Shown here in pieces: positions 52,626 through 64,000 of a stretch of DNA of 64,000 nt (position 1 is the first letter of the stretch; each line of letters opens with the position of its first letter). Under the pieces are notes generated by a model. It was not told the DNA's origin and ran no database searches. It was given only the letters and a program-made list of their open reading frames with translations. This stretch comes from the human T2T-CHM13v2.0 reference genome, Homo sapiens. The position numbers and the translations under genes were made by a program. The stretch is taken from assembly GCF_009914755.1 (NCBI RefSeq), contig NC_060933.1, one strand, 5' to 3'.

Positions 52626-54514
52626 CAATAGTTCCTCACTACTACGCCCCCTTAAAATGGACATATCAGTTTTGGGTTTCTGCAAGATTGTTTTTGTTTT
52701 GTTTGCCTAACACCAATTATCTCTTCTTTTGCTAAAAGCACCCCAATTTTGCTGAATGAATGCAAGGCACCAATGTATATTTTCTTTTTTAGAAGTTATT
52801 TTCAATTGGTGATCTATACATGATGTATATGACAGGTCCTCATTGATTAGAATATGTGGTTAACCAAAACTATTGCTTAATAATGGTGGTAAAGAGAGAA
52901 ATTACAAGGATTTATTGAGGATCAGGAATTAGAGAACAATAAAAGATTTCAATATAAAAATTAAATTCATCAAACTAGAGGATCAATTACTTTTTGGTTT
53001 CTCCTTCCTGATCACTAGCAGTGTTTTAATATCCTTAGGGATCAATTGTGTAGCTTCTATGGATTTTGTTCTAAATGAACATGATTCTTTTGATTAATAT
53101 TGCTTCTGTAACAATATCTAAGTTAGTAAAGCACACTCCATACGCTTATGCTATACAAATTTGTGCTTTCATCTCTGTAACTCCCCCTGAAAGACGTTTT
53201 TATCAAAGTAATAGTTGTCTTAGATGTGTTCAAACCCAACTAAACATAAAGCATTCACTTTTGTCTGTCACACACAGCTTCCTCCACCTTATATACTGGA
53301 AGGAAGTCCTTTGGTTTGAAAGCTTTGCCAGTGTTTGAGAAAGTAAATCCCTTTCAAGTTCAGGGTGAATATTTTCAAAAGGATTTTACAAAGAGTTTTA
53401 ATAACAACACAGTCTCTCTTCCCCACTCTCAGCTCAAACCTGATTTTGAACTTTTTAAATTTAACACCAAGCTTAGATTCTCAGACGGTAAGAGCTGAAA
53501 AAGACTTTAGATTCCATCTCAATCCCACCTACACATTTTACAGTCAAGGAGACAGACATCTGTAAAAAGGAAAGCATTTGTTCAAGGTCTTGATAGGTTT
53601 AACATAATTGAGATTTATTTCCCTAATGGTCTCAAGATCTTGTACAGCAGAAATTTCAGTAAGCCCCAAAGTGCTGCACCTGTCTTGCTTGATTTCTGGA
53701 CCTCTGACTTCAACTCAGATGCCACTCATCATTTTCCATAAACTGTTCATTTCTGCCTCCATTTTCCTTAAATCTAAAGAGCCCTCTTCAAGCCTATCTC
53801 ATCGAGAGGAGCCATAGGGAGGTGGCAGAGGTGGTGGATGGGGGGAATTCCTGCTGGGCCTGAGCAATGAGCCATTGCTTCTGGTGGCTCACTGCTCAGC
53901 CTCAGCAGAAATACCCCTTCTAAGATGGTACAGCCCTGGTATAAATAGATATTACCAAAGCCTCTGGCTCAGAGGGCAGCTGGATATCCGAAAAGAAAAA
54001 TAAGAGGTGGCTATAGCTGCTCAATGTAAGTGTGGGGTGGAGGTGAGGAGGGAGAAGTGGCAGCAAAATTTTATCTTCCCACATGACAAAAATAAAATGA
54101 TTGGGGTTTTCTCTTTCCTTTTTGCGATTTCCTTCCCTAGTTCCCCAGCTGCACACACACATGCATACACGCACAAAAATAACAACAACAACAACAATTA
54201 CAACCCCTAATTGTCCTAGCCAGGGGTCAGTTTGTAATTTTCCTATTTGTTTACACCTCCATTTTTATTTATTTAAACCGAGGGTGGGGTGGGGGATAAA
54301 AAATATAAAAATACAGTGTAGTTCCTTCCAGGTACCTTACTCCACAGTAGATCCTGTATTTCATAACTTCTCTGAAGCTCAGATTTGAATTTTCTTACTC
54401 TCCAGGGTTTCTGTTTTCAGTTTGTACCCTAAGGTGTAAAGAATATGCATGGAATAACTGGGATTCCAATAATCTTCTACTAGCAAACAGGATGTTCAAG
54501 TGTTCATTTTTCAA

Positions 54515-54705
54515 TTTTTTGCTTGTTTTTTGTTTTTTTAGACAGAGTTTCACTCTAACGCTCATGCTGGAATGCAGGGGCTCAATCTCAGCTCACTACA
54601 AGTAATCCTCTCACTTTAGCCTCCTGAGTAGCTGGAACTACAGGCACATGCCACCATGCCTGGCTAGTTTTGTGGGGTGTTGTTGTTGTTTTTGTTATTG
54701 TTGTT
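54515..54705 (-). mobile_element. Alu right-arm fragment (AluJ/FRAM-like) with internal deletion
   Basis: gacagagtttcactct...gcctcctgagtagctggaactacaggcacatgccaccatgcctggcta. Confidence 0.85.
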
Positions 54706-54904
54706 TGTCAACCAAGAAGACAAGCAAGGGATAGATTCTGACCCCAAATGAAGAAGAATGACTAAGAATTAGAACTATACTATTATAGCATAAAATGGGA
54801 TATAACCGAAAGTAATAATATCTTCATTACTAGAAGTACTCATTCAAACAGGAACTGAAGAAACCATTGGTCAAGATTTTGTTAGAAGGAATTCAACATT
54901 CACT

Positions 54905-56312
54905 GAAGAAAGGACAGTCTCTACAATAAATGCTGCTGGGAAAACTGGATATTCATACACAGAAGAATGATACTAGACCACTATATCTCGCCATTTACAA
55001 AAATCAAATCAAAATGAATTAAATGCTTAAATTTAAGACCCCAAACTGTGAAACTGCTAGGAGAAAACACAGGAGAAACAGTTTGGGACATTAGTCTGGG
55101 CAAAAATTTTATGGATAAGACCTCAAAAGCACCGGCTGCAGAAGCAGGAATAACAAATGAGATTATATCTAAAGTAACAAACTTCTGCACAGCAAAGGAA
55201 ATAATCAACACAGTGAAGAAACAATCTGCAGAATAGGAGAAAATATGTGCAAACTATACACTGATAGGGCATTAAAATTCAGAATATACAAGGAACTCTA
55301 ACACCTCAACAGCAAATAAATAAATAAACACACAAATAATCCAATTTAAAAATGGGTAAATGATCTAAATAGAAATTTCTCAAAAGAAGTCATAAAAATG
55401 GCCAAGAAGTATATGAAAAAATGCCCAACAACACTAATCACCAGAGAAATTTAAATGAAAACCACAAAGCAATATCATCTCATCGTATTTAGGATGGCTA
55501 TTACCGAAAAGACAAAAAACAATACTGGTGAGGATGCAGAGAAAGGGGAACTCTTATACACTGCTAGTGAGAATGTAAATTAGTATAGTTATTATGGAAA
55601 ACAGCATCAAGGTTTCTCAAAAAACTAAACTAAAGCTACCATATGATTCAGCAGTCCAAGTACTGGATATATATCCAAAGGAAAAGAAATCTATGCTAAA
55701 AAAAAATGATCTGTACACCCATGTTTATTGCAGCACAATTCACAATAGCCAAGATATGGAATCAACCTAAGTTTACATCAACAGATAAATGAATAAAGGA
55801 AATGTGGTATATATACCCAATGGGATACTATTCAGTCATAAAAAAGAATAAAATTCTGTCATTCACAACAACATGGATGGAACTGAAGGACATTATGTTA
55901 AGTGAAATAAACCAGGCACAGAAAGATAAACACTGCAGGTTCTCACATGTAGAAGCTAATAAAGTATATCTCATAGACATAGATAATAGAATAGCGATTA
56001 CTAGAGTCTGGGAAGGGTTGGGGAAGGGGAATATAAGTAGAGGTTGGTTAATAAATACAAAATTGCAGCTAAATAACAGGAGTAAGTTCTAGTGTTCTAT
56101 AGTTATTTCATATTTTCAAATAGCTGGAAAAGAGAATTTTCAATGTTCTCAAATAAATGATCAATATTTGAGGAGATAGATGTACTAATTACCTTGATTT
56201 GATGACTACACATTGTATGCATGTATTTAATCATCACACTGTACCCCATATATTATACAACTATTACATGTCAGTTAAAAATCGTCTTTAAATGATTAAA
56301 ATAGTAAAAAAA
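54905..56312 (+). mobile_element. 5'-truncated L1MA (ORF2 C-terminus and 3'UTR)
   Basis: ORFs 55048-55236 and 55802-56092 give ORF2-like peptides; L1MA 3'UTR and A-rich tail. Confidence 0.92.
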
Positions 56313-59300
56313 GAAAGCTTTGCTAATCAGGTAATGAATAAAAAGACTTGAGAAATGGAAGGAGCTAAGGATAAGTTAGCTGGTTTCAAGCATCTAGCAA
56401 AGAGTTGGGCGAGATGACTTTTAAGTTGTTTTCTGAGGTTGTTACTCTTCATTCTTGGTAAGTCTTAGGTATGCTTGGGTAAAATAATGTCTGGGATTGG
56501 ATCTTAGGTTGTATGGGTCTCCCAGCTCAAGAACACACAGGTCAAGTCCTGCCTCACCAGTAAAGTCAAGTTCTTCCCTGATATCTGAATTGTTTCATTT
56601 CTGTTGGTGGAGGAGGTACACAAAGGTTTTACTCTCAGCCTTCCAATACCTACAGAGCCCAATTATAGATATACAGTGAGTGCAGTTACATCATTAATTG
56701 GAAAGTGGATTGTGAACTGGAATAAAGAAAATTCACACCAAACCTTACGGAAGCTAGTAACATGGATTTGAAGGTGATACTAGTTCTACAAATAAAAACG
56801 TCAAGGCAATAAGTCCTTGCTTTAGTCAATATTTATCTTTCAGGTTAATCAGTCTGGAAGTTAAACAAAAATATGAATTAATTATTCTGGCTATCTTCTC
56901 TATATACATAATCACTTAAGCAAAGCAAGTTAGATTGGTGTCTGACTACATAAAAATGGACTATTGGGATGTTCTTTATGCAAAGGAGCATTCTAAAGGC
57001 AAAATGGTATAAAAAGCTTGTAAAAAGTCATTATTCTCTTTCTGAGAATTAAGTGCAATTGTAGTCAAGGCAAACAATTGTCATTGAACTCAGCAGCAAT
57101 CAATGGAGAGAACCTATTTGTATATGTGAATTGGCTAGTTAACACTATTTCAAAGTGTCATTGATTCTAGACAATGTGAATGATAGCAAGGCTCACTTCT
57201 GTTTCACTTTCCATCAGAAATCAATTGTTTTGGTGTTGTCATCATCATTGTTGTTTTTGTTGTTATGGGTAGAAGTTCCATTTACTTGAAAAGTGTCCCT
57301 CATATGAACAGCTTTCTCTTTCACAGAGGGAACCAGGCAGACAAAATTTGCTCAGAATCAAGTGACAGAAAAAAAAAACCCATGATCCCAGAGGATAGGT
57401 CACTTAATGCAACAAAGACAAAAAATATCAATGTGGGGCAGGAACCAGAATATGCATTTGTGAGCAGCAGTGTACAAAGGATGGGAATGTTTTACCACTG
57501 ACGTTGCTTAGAATTGCTGGTTCATGGTTGTAATACAAAGCAGACCAACTTTTAGTCACTTTTTAAAATGTTTTTTAATTTCATAAAGACAACACATTCT
57601 CTCATTCCTGCACTAGGCTACCCCACCATCTGTTTGTGAGTATTCCCTAGCCTTTCTTCCTCACAGCCTCTCATCGACACAAATTCTTTCAGAAAAATAT
57701 TCTATGTATGCCAGCTGGACCTGAGAGCATCTAATTTTTCTAAACAAGTAATAAATTAATAGATTTGAGAAATGGAAGAAGCCAAGGATAAGTTAGGAAT
57801 TTTTTCATTGAAAGAGAGGTATTTAGAGGAATGGGAAAGAAGAATAGATTCAAAATGTTGCAATGAATAAGGCTACCCTTGTTCCACTCCCACTATCCCC
57901 ATAATTACCACAATGGACTTAGGGTGCATAGAGGATTCAAGAATCAAGAACCCCTTGAAGAAGACCTGATCTTTAGGAGGGCTAGGTATTGGAAGTGAGA
58001 AAGGTTTAGGGGTAACAGTCCAGAAGCCACTTAGCTTAAACAAGACTAGGGAGATCAGAAAAGAAAGACAGGATACATATGAGTGACCTGGCCTTTTCTT
58101 ATCCATGAAATTGAATTCATTATTTCTGGCACAAAATAATAAAGGCCAAAAAACGATATGTGTCACCTTTAACCTGGGAAGTAAATTATGGTTTAAAACT
58201 CTTAAAGCACAGGAATCCTCTCAACTGCTCTGAGAGGCATTTCTACCACTACTCCAAATAGAGAAAACCAGGCAGAGGCTTCATTAACTTAACTGAGGTC
58301 ACAGAGCAAGTGCAGAATGAAGCAGAAAATAATACATAGGCTTCATGAATCCCATTTCACTACCCCCTTCACCAAGCCTCCTCTCCCTTTTATTGTCTTC
58401 TTTAAATCAATTCCCAAGGACAACCAAATCTAGTCCGTGTATAGTAAAATGTCACATGTCTCCATGGTTTAACTCTTCTAGAAACAGCATGATGTTATAA
58501 ATAGCCCTCAAGCTAGTACAAGAATCCATGGGTTTGCTCTCTATTGTCCATGGAATGGGGACACATGAAAGTCAAGGTACCAATGAAATACTGGACATGA
58601 CTTTTCTATTCCTAATCCCTTTTTCTTTCCTTCTCTCTCTTCTTGTCAGACTTCTCCAGACAACTTATCCATGGATTTTCTTTTTTTGTTTTTAGAAAAC
58701 TGATGAAAATCTATTAATACTATGGTTGGGTTTGAGTCAATGCTTACTTTGGATGTGTGGGTACTATATAAAGTTGTGTTATGAAAATACATGGCTGTGT
58801 GTGTATTGAAATATAAACATGTGTGTTTACTCATACATACATACAGATACACACCCACACTTTCCTTTTGCTATTTATTTTGGCCTTTATAACTAGAAAG
58901 TTATCTTCTCTATGTTCTGTCCTAGGTATTCCTCATCCCTGCCTAAGTCAGTTTTGAATGGTTATGCAAACAACTGAGGGAAACTTCAGGGTGTCAGGAC
59001 TCTGACTGAAATTAAACATCTTTTCCAGTTTTATTGAAGCATCATGGACAAATAAAAATTATATTTATTTAAGATACAAAATGTGATTATTTGATATACA
59101 TATATTATAAAATGATTACTAAAATCAAGCTAATAAACATATCCATCACCTTACACAGATACTCTTTTTTGTGGTGAGAACTCTGAAGATCAACTCTCTC
59201 AGCAAATTTCAAGTATGCATTATCACTAACTATATTCAGCAAGGTAGGCATTTGATATCCAGAACTTACTCATCTTGTAACTGAAAGTTTATGCTCTTTG

Positions 59301-61021
59301 ACTAACATCTCCCTCTTTACCCTATCCCCCAAACCCTGGTAACCACCATTCTATGCTGTTTCTATAAGTTAGACATTTTTAGATTCCACATAGAAATAAG
59401 ATTATGCAGTACTTGTCTTTTGTGTCTGGCTTATTTCACAGAATAATATCTTCCAGGTTCATTCATGTTGTCATAAATGGCAGAATTTTATGATTTTTAT
59501 GGCTAAATGGCTGAATAATATACCCTTGTGTGTGTATATATGTATGTGTATATATGCGTGTGTATGTGTGGGTGCACATTTTCTGTATTCATCTATCAAC
59601 AGGCAGACAGTTTTCATATCTTGGCTATTGTAATAATGTTGTGATGATCATGGGGGTGTAGATAATCTCTTTAAGAGAGTGATTTAATTTCCTTTGGATA
59701 TATACTCAAAAGTGAAATTGTTGAATTATGTGGTAGTTCTATTTTTCCTTTTTTGAGGAATTTTCATGTTATGTTCCTCATAATTGCTGTACCAATTAAC
59801 ATTCCCACAAACAGAGTACAAGGGTTCCCTTTTCTCCACATCCTCATCAACACTTATTATCTTTTGACTTTTTGACAGTAGACTTCCTAATAAGCATGAG
59901 GGGATATCACACTGTGGTTTTGATTTACATTTCCCTGATGCTTAGTGATGTTGATCACTTTTCTGTATACCTGTTGACCATCTGTAAGTATTCTATCAGA
60001 AAAACTGTCTATTCAGGTCTTCTGATCATTTTTAATTTAGTTGTTTTGCTATTGAATTGTATGAGTTCCTTACATATTTTGCATATTAACCCCTAATCAG
60101 ATATATGATTTGCAAATTTTTTTACCATTCTGTGGGTTGCATGTTTGTTGATTTCCCTTTTTTCTGCAGAAACTTTTAATTTTATGTAGTTTCACTTATT
60201 TTTGCTTTTCTAACCTGTGCTTTCAGCATCATATCCAAAATCATTGCCAAGACCAATTAATGTCAAGAAGATTTACCACTGTGTTTTATTCTAGAAGTTT
60301 TGCTGTTTCACGTCTTATATTTAAGTGTTTAGTAAATTTGAGTTGATCTTTGTATACGGTGTGAGATGAGGGTCTAATTTTATTCTTCTGCAGGTGGATA
60401 TTCAGTCTATCCAGAACCATGTATTGAAAGACTATCCTTTTCTCATTGTTATTTTTGGCACCATTGTCAAAGATTAGTTGACTATGCATGTGACAGTTTA
60501 TTTCTGGGTTCTCTATTATGTTGCAATAGTCTATGTGTCTGTTTTTAATGCCAGTACCATACTGTTTTGATTACTACAGATTTGTAATATAATTTGAAAT
60601 CAGGAAGTGCGATGCCTCCAGTTTTGTTCTTTTTGCTCAAGATTGCTTTGACTATTCAGAGTCTTTTGTGGGTCCATACAAAGTTCAGGTTTTTTATTCT
60701 GTGAAAATACCATGGGAATTTTGATAGGGATTACACTGAATCTATACATTGCTTTGAGTCAGATGAACATTTTAACAATATTAATTCTTCTAATCTGTGA
60801 ACACAGGCTATCTTTTCCTTTATATATGTCTTCTCCATCAGTATTTTATAGTTTTCAGTGTACAGATCTTTCACCTCTTTGGTTAAGTTTACTCCAAAGT
60901 ATTTTGTTCTTTTTGATAGCTTTGTAAAAGGGATTGTTCTCTTAATTTAAGTTTCAGGCAATTTATTCTCAATATATGGAAACAAAACTGATTTTTGTAT
61001 GTTGATTTTGTTTCCTTCAAC

Positions 61022-63160
<2,139 letters not shown>

Positions 63161-63242
63161 TAGTTCTAACAGTTTTTGGAATCCTTAGGGTTTTTAACAT
63201 ATAAGACCATGTCATCTGCAAACAAAGACAATTTAACTTTTT

Positions 63243-63617
63243 TTTTTTATTTCTCCTTAAAAAAAAAAAAGGGATACATATGCAGAATGTTCAGGCTTGT
63301 TACATAGATATATGTGTACCAGGGTGGTTTGCTGCACCTATTGACCCATCCTCTAAGTTCCCTCTCCTCACCCCCGTCTCCCAACAGGCTGTGGGTTTGT
63401 GTTGTTCCCCTCTCTGTGTCCATGTGTTCTCAATGTTCAACTCTCACTCATGAGAGAGAACATGCAGTGTTTGGTTTTCTTTTCCTGTGTTAGTTTGCTG
63501 AGGATGATGGCTTCCAGCTTCATCCATGTCCCTGCAAAGGACATGATCTCATTCCTTTTTATGGCTACATACTATTCCATAGTGTATATGTACCACATTT
63601 TCTTTATCCAGTCTATC
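63243..63617 (-). mobile_element. L1PA (PA8-like) 3' end with TSD
   Basis: Reverse 3'UTR with poly(T); TSD agacaatttaacttttt at 63226-63242 and 63618-63634. Confidence 0.93.
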
Positions 63618-64000
63618 AGACAATTTAACTTTTTCCTTTCTGATTTGCATAACTTTTATTTCTCTCTCTTGCCTATTTTGTCTGCCTAGGACTTCCAGTA
63701 CCATGTTGAACAGAAGTAGTAAGATTGGTCATCCTTGTCTTGCTCCTAATATTTGAGAAAAAGCTTTTAGCTTTTCACCATGGAGTATGATGTTAGCTGT
63801 GGACTTATCATATATGGCCTTTATTATGTTGAGGTATATTCCTTCTATACCTAATTTGCTGATAATTTTTGTCATGAAAGGATGTTGGACTTTGTCAAAT
63901 GCTTTTTTTACATCTATTGTAATGATCATATGATATTTACCCTTCATTCTGTTAATGTGATATATCATGTTTATTGATTTGCCTATATTGAACCATCCTT

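Overview
AT-rich, CpG-poor primate genomic DNA, probably human or great ape (AluJ/S/Y-type sequence and an L1PA2-like fragment). It is dominated by interspersed repeats: one near full-length old L1P with a MER50 LTR in its 5'UTR, many truncated L1PA/L1MA/L1MB/L1MC/L1ME pieces, six Alus, MaLR/ERV solo LTRs (MLT1, MST, THE1, LTR16, MER50), L2/MIR relics, and DNA transposons (a ~1.7 kb Ricksha/MULE with a readable transposase relic, MADE1, MER33, MER94, MER5A). I found no credible host protein-coding exon; the only recognisable proteins in the ORF track are L1 ORF1/ORF2 fragments. L1s lie mostly on +, weakly suggesting a long intron of a minus-strand gene. The most interesting observations are: (1) a minus-strand recursive-splice-site architecture (polypyrimidine-CAG|GTAAGT plus a 181-nt RS-exon) at ~6.9-7.1 kb; (2) a young internal L1 ORF2 fragment with no poly(A) or TSD, inserted antisense almost exactly at the homologous position of an old L1; (3) an Alu+L1 pair sharing one TSD (candidate template-switch chimera); (4) a mosaic AluSx/AluY; (5) a locally templated 57-bp duplication at an L1 3' junction. 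Repeat family and subfamily names come from recalled consensus sequences, not a database search. Boundaries of old repeats are approximate.
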